Source of the DNA: Alphaproteobacteria bacterium
Lineage (GTDB): Bacteria; Pseudomonadota; Alphaproteobacteria; CALKHQ01
NCBI GenBank assembly: GCA_965227515.1
Contig: CBDDFZ010000001.1
Span: forward strand, 2,272,001 to 2,336,000
Reading direction: 5' to 3'
Length of the DNA: 64,000 bases
Every line of letters starts with the position of its first letter. Position 1 is the first letter of the stretch. The position numbers and the translations under genes are program-made. The notes under the pieces were generated by a model. That model did no database searches, was not told where the DNA came from, and saw only the letters and a program-made list of their open reading frames with translations. This document shows positions 45,375 to 55,227 of this stretch, one piece after another.

Positions 45375-46880
45375 CTACCGGCCCTGCGCCTGTGTCGCCA
45401 TTTCGTCCATCACCCAGGCTTCCAGGGCGGCGGTGTCGGAGATTTCGCCCTGCCAGGGCTCGGGCGGTAGAAATGGCTGCTCCGCGTTTTCGCCGCGCGC
45501 CATGAACGCCTTGGTCGAGAATCCCAGCACGGCCCAGCCGGACGGCAACGGCACCTGCCGCAGCTCGCCATAGAGACCGTGGGCGCGGGTCGGCCAGCCG
45601 ATCTGTTCCGCGCGCGGGTAGAGCAGCACCAGGTCGATGAACAGCAGCGCGGAACTGAAGGCGTTGCCGTCGGTCAGCGCGAAGACGCGGCCGTCATAGG
45701 CCGGGTCTGGGAGCTCTGTCCGCCCCGTCGCGGGTTGGCCGCCGCCCAGCATCGCCAGGTCCTCGCCGTTCGCTAGGGCGGCGTCGATGGCGGCGATCAG
45801 GCCGTCGAGATAGGCGATGGTGCCGGCGTTGCCGCCGTTGCCGACAAGGCGCGTGCGAAAATTCACGAACCAGTCGCGGTTGCCGGCCGAGGCGCGCACC
45901 AGGTCTGGCGCCTCGCCCCGGGCGCCGGCAGCACGTTGCGCGTTCACCCAGTCCAGGCCGAGCAGGGCGGCGGCGAAACCGTCGGCCATGAACGAGCTGC
46001 CGCCGCTGTTGCCGCGCAGGTCGAACACGACGTATGGCGCCGACCGGCCTGCCTCCAGCGCCGCGCCGATGGGCGTCGCCATGTCCTGGGTCAGGACGCC
46101 GGGGTCGAAGCTGGGCAGCGACACCCACAGCCCGCCGTCGGGCAGGGTGCGCGCGCCGGCCTGCGGCGGCGTGCCGAAAGCGGCGGCGTTCGCGTCCTCC
46201 CACAGGTCGCGCATCGAGACCTCGTACCAGGGGAGCGGCACCGGCGCGTCGCTGGGCGCACCGTCGAACACACACGCTTCAGGCCGGACGAACCCCGGCT
46301 GGCCCTGGTCGACGAACAGGTAGGGGCCGTGCCGCCCCCAGTCCGCCGGCTGGGCCGGGTCGCCGACGGTGGCGAAGATGTTGGCGGCAGCGAGCTCCTC
46401 CGGCGTCATCCCATCGCAGGAGACCAGCAGCCAGCCGTTCTTGACCGGGCCGAAGAACGGTGCGCCGCGCACCTCGAACCTGCCATTGCGCCAGGCGGTG
46501 ATGAAGCCGGGATAAGCCGTTTGCGCACGCGGCGCGGAATTCCACTCCGGGTGGTCGCGCGCACCCCACACGCTCAGATGATGGTCGGGCAGCGCGTTGA
46601 CGTAGGCCGAGAGCAGGTAGATGTAGCCCGACAGATCGTCGATGTTGGCCGCCATGCGCTCGGCCGCGGGCAGGGTGTCGTCCAGCAGGGCGGCGAAGCC
46701 AGGGTCCAGTGCCGGGCCGGGGTGGCTCTCGGCGACCATGTCGTGGATGAAGCGCAAGTCCTCTGTCGCGCGCTCCGGCCAGGGGTTGTCTGCCGAGGCC
46801 GGCGCGGCGACCGCATTTAGCCCGAACATGACCGCGGCGCATTTGGGCCAGCCAGCCGCAACTCGTTGGTTCCAGGCCAT
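45375..46880 (-). CDS. Secreted S41-family (tail-specific protease-like) peptidase
   Basis: LPDHHL, VSLPSF, VFDLRGNSGGSS, VFALTDGNAFSSALLF (catalytic Ser region), QIG.PT. Start uncertain; ATG 46880 chosen. Confidence 0.8.
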   Translation of the reverse strand: MAWNQRVAAGWPKCAAVMFGLNAVAAPASADNPWPERATEDLRFIHDMVAESHPGPALDPGFAALLDDTLPAAERMAANIDDLSGYIYLLSAYVNALPDHHLSVWGARDHPEWNSAPRAQTAYPGFITAWRNGRFEVRGAPFFGPVKNGWLLVSCDGMTPEELAAANIFATVGDPAQPADWGRHGPYLFVDQGQPGFVRPEACVFDGAPSDAPVPLPWYEVSMRDLWEDANAAAFGTPPQAGARTLPDGGLWVSLPSFDPGVLTQDMATPIGAALEAGRSAPYVVFDLRGNSGGSSFMADGFAAALLGLDWVNAQRAAGARGEAPDLVRASAGNRDWFVNFRTRLVGNGGNAGTIAYLDGLIAAIDAALANGEDLAMLGGGQPATGRTELPDPAYDGRVFALTDGNAFSSALLFIDLVLLYPRAEQIGWPTRAHGLYGELRQVPLPSGWAVLGFSTKAFMARGENAEQPFLPPEPWQGEISDTAALEAWVMDEMATQAQGR

Positions 46881-47010
46881 GTTCGAACATTCCCCCTTGA
46901 GACGCGGCTTGGTCGCGACATTGTACATTGTCAGGACCCACTTGGATGAACTTGATGGGACGACGGTGCGACTAAGTCGAGATGCAGAAGTCGACCGGGA
47001 GAGGTGCGAG

Positions 47011-48717
47011 ATGAGCCTGACTGTCCGCCTGCAAGCCATTCTGCCGCTGATGCTTGGCCCCGTGGCGCTTGTTGTGGCGCTTGTCATGGTGCTTGTTGTG
47101 GCGCTGGGTGCGACAGAAGCCCGCGCCGACTTCGGCGACTGTGCGGCATCCGGCTATCTCTATTCGGTGGACGACCGCATGAGCGGGATCGCGCTGGATT
47201 GCGACGAGGCAGTGCGCTTCACCATCGCCACGCCGCTCGGCACCCGCAATGTGCGCATCATCTACGACACCGGCGACTTGCGCGCCGGCCTGCCGGACCA
47301 GATAGCGACCCTGCGCCGCGCCATCGAGCAGTCCGCCGCGGCCCTGCGCGCCATTGGCGAGGGCGGCACCAACGACATCACGATCTGGGCTTCGAACCTG
47401 CCTGTGCAGCGTACGCCCACCGGCGACGTGGAAGGCGAGGCCGGTCGCGTCGGCGACGAATGCGTGATCGCGGCCTACGAGGCGCCGAATATCGAATGGG
47501 TGATGGCGCACGAGTTCTTCCACTGCGTGCAGTTCGCCACCTTCGGGCGCGACAAGGTCTATATGTCCGCCAGCTCCTGGTGGGTCGAAGGAGCGGCCGA
47601 GTGGTTCGCCAATGTGGTGCATCCCGGCACCGGCAACAGCGACGGCTATGTGTCCGGCTTCGATGCCGCGACCAACCGGACCGCGCTGACCGACCTGGAG
47701 TACGAGTCCGTCGTGTTCTTCTTCTGGCTGTCGCAGACCTATGGCGCCAGCATGGTGATGGCGGTACAGGCGGCCATGCCATCGGGCGGTGGCGGCGGCG
47801 CGCAGCAGGACGCCCTGGCGGGCATGCTGCCGCCCGAGGACTTCGCCCAGTTCGCGCAAGCCTATGCCGATCGAGAGATCAGGCAGCCCGGTGGCCGTGC
47901 GGTGCCGGTGAACCCCACGCCGGCCCACATCTATGTCTGGCAGGAAAGTGCGACCCGCGAGATCGAGACCGGCCGCTTCGTGCTGGTGTTCGAGCACCTG
48001 GAATTCGCCTGCGGCACCTGGAACATCGAGCGTGAGACCGACCGGGGCGAGTGGCACATCAGCCGTCGCGACGGGCCGTGGGAGGACATGCCGGAGCGTC
48101 TGGAGATCGACGAACCGGGGCCCGAGGTCATCCGCTTGACGGGCATGGCGGTCGCAGACCCGTCGTTCGCGGTGTCGATCCGGGCGGAGCGCAATGCCTG
48201 CGAGCAGTGCGGCACGCCGCGGCCCGACGATGACGTGATGTCCTGCCTGGTCGGCACCTGGAATCTGGTATCCGGCGGCTATGGCGAACAGATTCAGCAG
48301 TCGCTGGAGGCGACCGGCTTCTACGATTCCATCGAATACCCGGCGCTGGAGCCGATCCTGATCCTGTACGCCGACGGCACCTTCAGCATGCCGGCCAGCG
48401 ACGAGGACTACAATGCCGTCATCGTTCAGGACGACGGCGATGTGTTCCAGGGTATCGGGACGTTGTCATTGGAGTCGGGCGGTCACTGGTCGGTCGATGG
48501 CGACATCCTGCACACCTGCGAGGCCGGACCGCACCTGGCCGAGATCGACCTGACGATCATCGACCCCGAGGGTAACAGCGACAACCTCGTCACTGCGGGC
48601 AGCCCGCCGTCCGGCGGCGTGATGCGGTCGCGCGAGTTCACCTGTGCCGGGGGCCAGTTGGTGCTGATCGAGCGCGCGCCGTTCGTCGGCGACGTGACCT
48701 GGGTCTACAGCCGCTGA
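47011..48717 (+). CDS. Secreted protein with a zincin HExxH motif (putative metallopeptidase)
   Basis: Signal peptide ending ARA-D; MAHEFFHCVQ followed by WWVEGAAEW (third-ligand Glu pattern); GGAGAGG RBS before ATG 47011. Confidence 0.75.
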   Translation: MSLTVRLQAILPLMLGPVALVVALVMVLVVALGATEARADFGDCAASGYLYSVDDRMSGIALDCDEAVRFTIATPLGTRNVRIIYDTGDLRAGLPDQIATLRRAIEQSAAALRAIGEGGTNDITIWASNLPVQRTPTGDVEGEAGRVGDECVIAAYEAPNIEWVMAHEFFHCVQFATFGRDKVYMSASSWWVEGAAEWFANVVHPGTGNSDGYVSGFDAATNRTALTDLEYESVVFFFWLSQTYGASMVMAVQAAMPSGGGGGAQQDALAGMLPPEDFAQFAQAYADREIRQPGGRAVPVNPTPAHIYVWQESATREIETGRFVLVFEHLEFACGTWNIERETDRGEWHISRRDGPWEDMPERLEIDEPGPEVIRLTGMAVADPSFAVSIRAERNACEQCGTPRPDDDVMSCLVGTWNLVSGGYGEQIQQSLEATGFYDSIEYPALEPILILYADGTFSMPASDEDYNAVIVQDDGDVFQGIGTLSLESGGHWSVDGDILHTCEAGPHLAEIDLTIIDPEGNSDNLVTAGSPPSGGVMRSREFTCAGGQLVLIERAPFVGDVTWVYSR

Positions 48718-48817
48718 TCGCCTGCGATTGTCGTCGAGCGTTATTGCACCAATTCTTGTGAACCAACCGGCGCCGCCGGACGACACCCTCAGTGAGTATT
48801 TTCTCAAGGAGGGACAG

Positions 48818-49445
48818 ATGTTTCGTAATATTTCACTTCGACGATTTGCAGGCCTGGGTGCGGCCATTGTCATGGCGACCGGCACGCTCGGCACACCGGC
48901 ACAAGCGGACCCGGCAATGCCATATCTCTGCGATGCCGGCTACGACCTGGGCCGCGCACATCTGCAGCAGCTTACAGGCCTGCATACGGTGGTGGTGCAT
49001 GGGATGCACGCCGTGTCGTCCATTCCGGACGCAACGGCCGGGCTGATGGCGTTCGGCCCACCAATCAACTACTACCCCATGGCGATCCGACTTTCCGTCG
49101 AGAACCAGTTGATCCTGGAGCCGGCGGGCCTCGCGCCGATCACTCTGCGCGACGCCCAGGGGGTCGGAATGGTTGAGTGAGGAGCAGTTCTTTGCCGATG
49201 GGATCGGCTTGAACGCACAGGCTGTGCGCAATATGACCGGGTGCAGCCCGCTGCAACTGCAACACGTCCTGGTTGGGCGAAACTACTATGAATTCCCCGA
49301 ACAGAACGCGGGATTGCGGGTCGACGTCAGCCTCTTGCCTGGCACGTACGGCGCGCTGTATGGCCACATGTATTTCCGGGTGGGCTACGACGATGGCGAG
49401 TGGCTCGAGGGATTGATGTACGTGGAGCTCGTACCGTCCGCCTAG
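48818..49445 (+). pseudogene. Secreted hypothetical protein apparently split by a 1-nt frameshift in a G5 run
   Basis: ORF 48818-49180 (AAGGAGG RBS, signal peptide AQA-D) and ORF 49173-49445 are offset by +1. Removing one G from 49159-49163 fuses them (DAQGSEWLSEEQFF). Confidence 0.55.
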
Positions 49446-49478
49446 ATCGTTTTTCGCCTACGCTCAGTCGCCACCAGC

Positions 49479-49539
49479 CCGCACCCCCACACGGCCGCCC
49501 AACGGTGGTATCCTGTCGGGGTGGCCGTTAGGGGTGCGG
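49479..49539. repeat. GC-rich hairpin element, copy B (related to 22197-22286)
   Basis: ccgcacccccacacggccgcccaacg..gtat..ggggtggccgttaggggtgcgg shares stem and loop sequence with copy A. Confidence 0.65.
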
Positions 49540-49678
49540 CCCGGCGCGGATTGACTGAAAAGCGCTCTCAGCAACAGGTATGGCGGCACGTTGCCGCCGA
49601 ACCTCGGACCATTCGGTCGATTGTCGGCACCACGCCCCGTGCCGGCGTACCAGGCAACATTACCCGTTTGTCAGCCGC

Positions 49679-49703
49679 GGAACCTTCGCCGTCCCGTCGC
49701 GTT
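49679..49703 (+). promoter_or_regulatory. Sigma-EcfG (RpoE2/SigT) general-stress-type promoter
   Basis: GGAAC-N16-CGTT exact consensus, 32 nt upstream of the small-protein ATG. Confidence 0.75.
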
Positions 49704-49735
49704 CATCTGACAGCCCGATCCCTGGAGGAGCTGTC

Positions 49736-49810
49736 ATGAATTCCATCATCTATCTCGTCGGCCTCGTGGTCATCGTGCTGGCCATCCTTTCGCTCCTGGG
49801 CCTGCACTGA
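49736..49810 (+). CDS. 24-aa single-TM micro-protein MNSIIYLVGLVVIVLAILSLLGLH
   Basis: GGAGGAG RBS, ATG 49736, TGA 49808-49810; entirely hydrophobic. Confidence 0.8.
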   Translation: MNSIIYLVGLVVIVLAILSLLGLH

Positions 49811-49864
49811 CCCCGCCGAGCCGATCCTTCCAGTTGCCGCAGAATTCGACAAAGGACATGCATC

Positions 49865-50761
49865 ATGGTTGACACCCCGGTGCCGCCGCAGGCGGTGATC
49901 CGTCCCGTCGGCGAGATCAGTCGCCGGCCGCTGGTCGACTGGCCGGCCATTTTCGCTGGCGCGGTGTTCGCGTCCGCGATCGCCTTCCTGTTCACCACTT
50001 TCGGCGCCGCCATCGGGCTTTCCATGACGTCGCTGATCGACGGCGAGAACTCCGCCATCTGGGCGGTAATCGCGGTCGGGCTGTGGGTGATGTGGGTCGC
50101 CGTTTCCAGTTTCCTGGCCGGCGGCTACGTGACCGGAAGGCTGCGCCGGCCGCTGCCCGACGCCACCCAACATGAGGTCGACGTCCGCGACGGACTGCAT
50201 GGCCTGGTGATGTGGGGCGTTGCCGCCCTCATCGGCGCGCTGCTGGCCGGTGCCACGCTGACCGGTGCCGCGCGGTTCGGTGCCCAGTTCGCCACCGAGA
50301 CGGTGGAGACGGCGGGCGAGGTTGCCGCCGCCGCCGCGTCGGCCGTGGACGGCGGTGACATGGACTACCTGATCGACCGCCTCTATCGCAGCGACGGCAG
50401 CAGCCGGGTCCCCGACGGCGTGCGCGATCAGACCGGCCGCATCCTGGCCCAGGACTTTGGCGAGGACGGCATGGATGGCGACGATCAGGCGTATCTGGTC
50501 GGCCAGATCGCCCAGCGCACGGGGGTGACCGAGGAGGAGGCGCAGGCGCGCCTGACCGGCATCACCGACGAGATGCAGGCCGCCGAAAAGGCGCTCGCCG
50601 ATGCCGCCGACACTGCCCGGCGCGTCGGTGTGCTGTCGGCGTTCCTGATCGCAGCGGCCCTGGTCGTTGGGGCAGGTGCTGCGTGGTGGGCGTCCAGCAT
50701 GGGTGGCCGGCATCGTGACGAAGGCACCGATTTCAGCAACTGGGTCAGGTGGCGTCGCTGA
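49865..50761 (+). CDS. Conserved hypothetical multi-pass membrane protein
   Basis: VDWPAIFAGA, GGYVTGRLR, EVDVRDGLHGLVMWG, IAQRTGVTEEEAQARL, GGRHRDE. Confidence 0.85.
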   Translation: MVDTPVPPQAVIRPVGEISRRPLVDWPAIFAGAVFASAIAFLFTTFGAAIGLSMTSLIDGENSAIWAVIAVGLWVMWVAVSSFLAGGYVTGRLRRPLPDATQHEVDVRDGLHGLVMWGVAALIGALLAGATLTGAARFGAQFATETVETAGEVAAAAASAVDGGDMDYLIDRLYRSDGSSRVPDGVRDQTGRILAQDFGEDGMDGDDQAYLVGQIAQRTGVTEEEAQARLTGITDEMQAAEKALADAADTARRVGVLSAFLIAAALVVGAGAAWWASSMGGRHRDEGTDFSNWVRWRR

Positions 50762-50802
50762 CGCCAGACCGCGTCGCCAATGCTTAGAACGAGGACGAGA
50801 CC

Positions 50803-50874
50803 ATGCCGTATCTGATCATGTGGATCCTGGGCGTGCCCCTGTCGGTCATCATCATCCTGGCGCTGCTGCTGTAG
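50803..50874 (+). CDS. 23-aa single-TM micro-protein MPYLIMWILGVPLSVIIILALLL
   Basis: GAGGA RBS, ATG 50803, TAG 50872-50874; WxLGVP motif; below the ORF-track size cutoff. Confidence 0.75.
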   Translation: MPYLIMWILGVPLSVIIILALLL

Positions 50875-50885
50875 CCACGACCCCC

Positions 50886-51062
50886 GTCGCCCTCGCCCTT
50901 GTGGCGAGGGCCCATGGGCATCTAGGGCTGGAGAAAAGCCTGACGTGTTCGACCTTCGGGGAATGCCTCGCGCCAGTCGACCGCTACAAGCACCGCGCGT
51001 AGCTTCTAACCAATTGAAATAACTACCATAAATGGATCCTCGGGACAAGCCCGAGGATGACG
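50886..51062. repeat. 177-bp REP-bounded MITE-like element, copy B (inverted relative to copy A)
   Basis: 51027-51068 is the exact reverse complement of 17635-17676; the other end is near-identical; same overall length. Confidence 0.85.
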
Positions 51063-51181
51063 ATGGTGGGTTGTTGAGATGTGTGAATTCAGTAGCAACA
51101 AGGGCGAGGACGACGGCGACTTTATGGCGCGCAAATCTTGGTTGCGAAGCATTTTGCGCGCTCAATGGTCTCCGGAAACGG

Positions 51182-52111
51182 TCACCCGCCGTGTTCGGCC
51201 AGCCAGTCCTCGATCAGGCGGCGCGCGATGCTGTCCTTGCGCGGCAGCTTGAACGTCTCATCCTCCGGTGAGGCCATGACCTGCTCGATGGTCATCCAGC
51301 GCGCCGACTCCAACTCGTCCTTGTCGACCTGGATGTCGGTGGTTGCCGCCCGCGCCCAGAACCCGAGCATGATCGACGAGGGGAAGGGCCAGGGCTGCGA
51401 CGAGTGATAGTGGACGTCGGTGATTTTGATGCCGACCTCTTCCTCCACTTCGCGGGCGACTGCATCCTCCAGGCTCTCGCCGGGCTCCACGAAGCCGGCC
51501 AGCACCGAGTGCATGCCGGGCGGCCAGATCGACTGCCGACCGAGCAGGATCCGTTCGCCGTCATAGACCAGCATGATCACCGCCGGGTCGGTGCGCGGGA
51601 AGTGGCTGATGCCGCAGCCCTGCGAGGTGCAGACCCGCACATGGCCGGCGTCGCGGGCCTCGGTCTTGGCGCCGCAGGCCCCGCAATACTGGTGGCGGGC
51701 GTGCCATTGGGCGAGCGCGCGGGCATAGGCGAGCACGGCGCCGTCATGCCGGCCGAGCAGCGGGCCGACCGCGCGCAGGTCGTCGAACGCCGCCTCGTCG
51801 GCAACCGCCGGCTCGTCCTCGTGCGGCAGGTCGATGGCGAAGTAGGCACTTGTCTCCACCTGGCCCAGGAACATCGGCTCCATGCCATCCCTCAGCAGCT
51901 CGCGGGCCTGCTCGACGGTCAGGGTCACCGGCTCGGGGCGCTCGGCCCGCCGTACCAGGTTGCGCACCCGCCACACCGGTACGATCCGGGTCATCGGATC
52001 GGCCAGCCGCTCCGCCAGCCACGCTGCATCGGTGCGCCGCAAATGGGCGCGGTCCAGCGGCCCGGCGGCGTAGAAGTTCGGTGTCAGCGGTGGCGGCGGG
52101 CGTTTGATCAT
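51182..52111 (-). CDS. nudC: NAD(+)/NADH diphosphatase
   Basis: YCGACG..C..C zinc finger, FPRTDPAVI, Nudix box AGFVEPGESLEDAVAREVEEEVGI, SQPWPFPSS. Confidence 0.95.
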   Translation of the reverse strand: MIKRPPPPLTPNFYAAGPLDRAHLRRTDAAWLAERLADPMTRIVPVWRVRNLVRRAERPEPVTLTVEQARELLRDGMEPMFLGQVETSAYFAIDLPHEDEPAVADEAAFDDLRAVGPLLGRHDGAVLAYARALAQWHARHQYCGACGAKTEARDAGHVRVCTSQGCGISHFPRTDPAVIMLVYDGERILLGRQSIWPPGMHSVLAGFVEPGESLEDAVAREVEEEVGIKITDVHYHSSQPWPFPSSIMLGFWARAATTDIQVDKDELESARWMTIEQVMASPEDETFKLPRKDSIARRLIEDWLAEHGG

Positions 52112-52190
52112 GACGGCTCGTGGATATCACATGGCGGCGTGGCTACGCGATGCCCTATGATCCGCACACCCCAACTTCTGCAAGGCGCAC

Positions 52191-52676
52191 ATGCCCGACA
52201 GCCCCGATATCGAAACGCGCCCCGGACCGCGACCCGGACTGCGAATCGTGTCTGGCCGGTTGACGGCGGCCGACATGGCCGAGCTGGAGGCGGACGCCGT
52301 GCCGTTCGTCGCCAATCTCGGCATCCGCTTCATCGAGGTGGGGGATGGGCACGCGACCGCGATCATGCCGGCCGGCGACAGCCATCGCAGGCCCGGTGGC
52401 ACGGTGGCCGGCCCGGCGCTGATGGCGCTGGCCGACTTCGTGGTCTACATCTGCGTGCTGGGGCGGATCGGCCGGGTCGAGCTGGCGGTGACCACCAGCC
52501 TGACCGCCAATTTCCTGCGCCGGCCGCCATTGGGCGAGGTGCGGGCCGAAGGGCGGCTGCTGAAGTGCGGGCGGCGCCTTGCCTATGGCGAGGTCAGCCT
52601 GTTCGCGGCCGATGACGCCGACCCGGTCTGTCACGTCACGGCGACGTATTCCATCCCGCCGGACCGGCCGGGCTGA
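52191..52676 (+). CDS. PaaI-family thioesterase
   Basis: RPGGTVAGPALMALAD, AVTTSLTANFLR, LLKCGRRLAYGEV, HVTATY. Confidence 0.9.
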   Translation: MPDSPDIETRPGPRPGLRIVSGRLTAADMAELEADAVPFVANLGIRFIEVGDGHATAIMPAGDSHRRPGGTVAGPALMALADFVVYICVLGRIGRVELAVTTSLTANFLRRPPLGEVRAEGRLLKCGRRLAYGEVSLFAADDADPVCHVTATYSIPPDRPG

Positions 52677-52690
52677 CCCGTCAGCGTGGC

Positions 52691-55096
52691 TCAGGCCGCC
52701 TTCGCGTTCTTGCGCACGGTGGTCACGCCGGTCAGGGCGGCATAGCTCTCGATCGGCAGCGGCTTGCCGATCAGATAGCCCTGGATGCCGTCGCATTCCT
52801 CGCTGCGCAGCAGCTCCAGCTGCTGGTCGGACTCCACACCCTCCGCGATCACCGGCAGGTTGAGGCCGCGGCCAAGCGCGATGATGGCGCGGATGATGGT
52901 CTGGGTATCGCTTTCGTCGGTCAGGTTCATCACGAAGCTGCGGTCGATCTTCAGCTTGTCGAACGGGAACGATTGCAGCGAGCTCAGTGACGAATAGCCG
53001 GTGCCGAAGTCGTCCATGGCCACCCGCACGCCAAGGTCTTTCAACCGCCGCAGGATCTTCAGCGTACGCGTCTTGTCCTTCAGCAGCACGCCCTCGGTGA
53101 TCTCCAGCTCCAGCCGCTGCGGGGCCAGCCCGGTTTCGGACAGGATGGCCTCCACGTCGTCGGCCAGTTGGCCGTGCTGGAATTGGACCGGCGACAGGTT
53201 GACGGCGATGCCCATGGCGTTCTTCCAGCTTGCCGCCTCGCGGCAGGCTTCGCGCAGCACCCACAGCCCCAGGCGTCCGATCAGGCCGCATTGCTCGGCC
53301 AGCGGGATGAAGTCGGCTGGCGGGATCGGGCCCTTCGTTGGATGGGTCCAGCGCAGCAACGCCTCGAACCCGACGATCTCGCCGGAGGAAGCCTCCGCCT
53401 GCGGCTGATAGACGAGCTGCAACTCCTCGTGGTCGATGGCGTCGCGCAGGTCGATCTCCAGCAGGCGCTGCGCACGCAGGCGCTCGTCCATGTCGGCTTC
53501 AAAGAAACAATGGATGGCGCGGCCATTGGCTTTGGCGCGATAGAGCGCCAGGTCGGCGTTGCGAAGCAGGGTGTCGACGTCGGTGCCGTCGTGGGGGTAC
53601 ATCGCGATGCCGATGCTGGCGCTGGTGCGCAGCTGGACGGCGTCCAGATTGTAGGTGCCGCCAATCTCGTCGAGCAGGCGCTCCGCCAGATAACTGGCGG
53701 AATCCGGCTGCGACATGCTGCATTGCACGATGGCGAACTCGTCGCCGCCCAGGCGGGCGACGGTATCGGTCTCCCGCACGGCGCCCTTCAACCGATCCGC
53801 AACCTGGACCAGAAGTGCGTCGCCGACCGGGTGGCCGTACACGTCGTTGACCTCCTTGAACCGGTCGAGGTCGATGCACATGACGGCAAGCGGCGTGTCG
53901 CCGCGCTGGGCGAGCGCAATGTCATGGCGCAGGCGGCTGGCAAACAGCGTGCGGTTGGCCAGGTCGGTGAGCGGGTCGTGGTGGGCAAGATGCTGGATGT
54001 GCGCTTCGGCGCGCTTCTGGTCGCGCAGGTCGCGCACCAGGATGACGTCGTGCTCGCGGCCACGCTGATGCATCTTGCGCAGCCTGATCTCCACCGGCAC
54101 CTCCGGCTCATCGTCATCGCGGCGCAGGACGGTCTCGACCGCCGGTGCGATGGCGGCGTCAGGCCGTGCCGGGTCGAACAGCTCGTTGCGGCTGTCGGCG
54201 GGAATGTATTCGGTGATGTCGCGCCCCACGACCGCCGCAAGGTCGGCCTTGACCAGCGACACGAAGCTCTTGTTGGCGTCGACGATCTTGCTGCCACGGC
54301 AAATCACGATGCCTTCGGTGCTGGCATTCGCCAGGTCGCGCAGGCGCTCGGTCTCTTCGTTGCCGCGTCGGGCCAGATGCCGGTCGAATGCGGCGCTCGC
54401 GAGCGCCAGAAGCAGTACCGTGAAGGTCGCGATCGAGATCGAGATCGCCAGCCAACGGGTATCGACGACGGCATCGGGAATGGTCTGTGTCGGGTTCGGC
54501 ACAATGGTCGCCGCGGCCATTGCCGTGAAGTGCAAGGCCGCGATGGCGAGCGCCAGCACACCCGCGCCCTGCATGCGCTGCTTCAGGGTCTGGAAGTTGC
54601 TCGCGAGCATGCAGGCCACGACACTGAGCGTGATACCCAAGACCCAGGATGCGATGAATAGGCCGGCATCGTAGGTGAGCATGCCCGGGACGGCGAGCGC
54701 CGCCATGCCGGTGAAATGCATGGTGCCGATACCGCATCCGACCAGGATGCCGGTCGTGACGCGGGCCCAGGTCTGCTGCCAGATCTGCGACACCGTCAGG
54801 CCCAGGCCCGTGACCACAATGGCCACCACGACCGACAACAGCGTCAGAGTGATGTCGTACGCGGTTGGCATGCCCGGCGCGTAGGCAAGCATGGCAATGA
54901 AATGCGTCGACCAGATCGCGCTGCCCAATGCGACGGCGGACACCGCCAGCCACGCATACTGCCAGCGTCCCTCGCTGGCGCGCGCGCGGGCGAGCAGGTT
55001 CGATGCGGTGAACGTGCCGAAGCCGCAAACGATGACGGCCAATGCGACCAGCCAAAGGTCGTGTCGATCAACGATACAGGTATAGACGGCGTACAT
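52691..55096 (-). CDS. MHYT-PAS-GGDEF-EAL diguanylate cyclase/phosphodiesterase
   Basis: THFIAMLA, MHFTGMAA and LHFTAMAA MHYT repeats; PAS; RLGGDEF; FEALLRW; DDFGTGYSSL. Confidence 0.95.
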   Translation of the reverse strand: MYAVYTCIVDRHDLWLVALAVIVCGFGTFTASNLLARARASEGRWQYAWLAVSAVALGSAIWSTHFIAMLAYAPGMPTAYDITLTLLSVVVAIVVTGLGLTVSQIWQQTWARVTTGILVGCGIGTMHFTGMAALAVPGMLTYDAGLFIASWVLGITLSVVACMLASNFQTLKQRMQGAGVLALAIAALHFTAMAAATIVPNPTQTIPDAVVDTRWLAISISIATFTVLLLALASAAFDRHLARRGNEETERLRDLANASTEGIVICRGSKIVDANKSFVSLVKADLAAVVGRDITEYIPADSRNELFDPARPDAAIAPAVETVLRRDDDEPEVPVEIRLRKMHQRGREHDVILVRDLRDQKRAEAHIQHLAHHDPLTDLANRTLFASRLRHDIALAQRGDTPLAVMCIDLDRFKEVNDVYGHPVGDALLVQVADRLKGAVRETDTVARLGGDEFAIVQCSMSQPDSASYLAERLLDEIGGTYNLDAVQLRTSASIGIAMYPHDGTDVDTLLRNADLALYRAKANGRAIHCFFEADMDERLRAQRLLEIDLRDAIDHEELQLVYQPQAEASSGEIVGFEALLRWTHPTKGPIPPADFIPLAEQCGLIGRLGLWVLREACREAASWKNAMGIAVNLSPVQFQHGQLADDVEAILSETGLAPQRLELEITEGVLLKDKTRTLKILRRLKDLGVRVAMDDFGTGYSSLSSLQSFPFDKLKIDRSFVMNLTDESDTQTIIRAIIALGRGLNLPVIAEGVESDQQLELLRSEECDGIQGYLIGKPLPIESYAALTGVTTVRKNAKAA

Positions 55097-55227
55097 GGCG
55101 TTTCATCTGCTGGGGGTGGGCAGACGGGGAGTATTCGCGCCGGCATCCTAATATTTACTGAAGCCAATACGGTCGCAGGCCAGCTCAAATTTGTAATGAA
55201 TGCGAGGGGTGGCGACCGGCGACCGCG

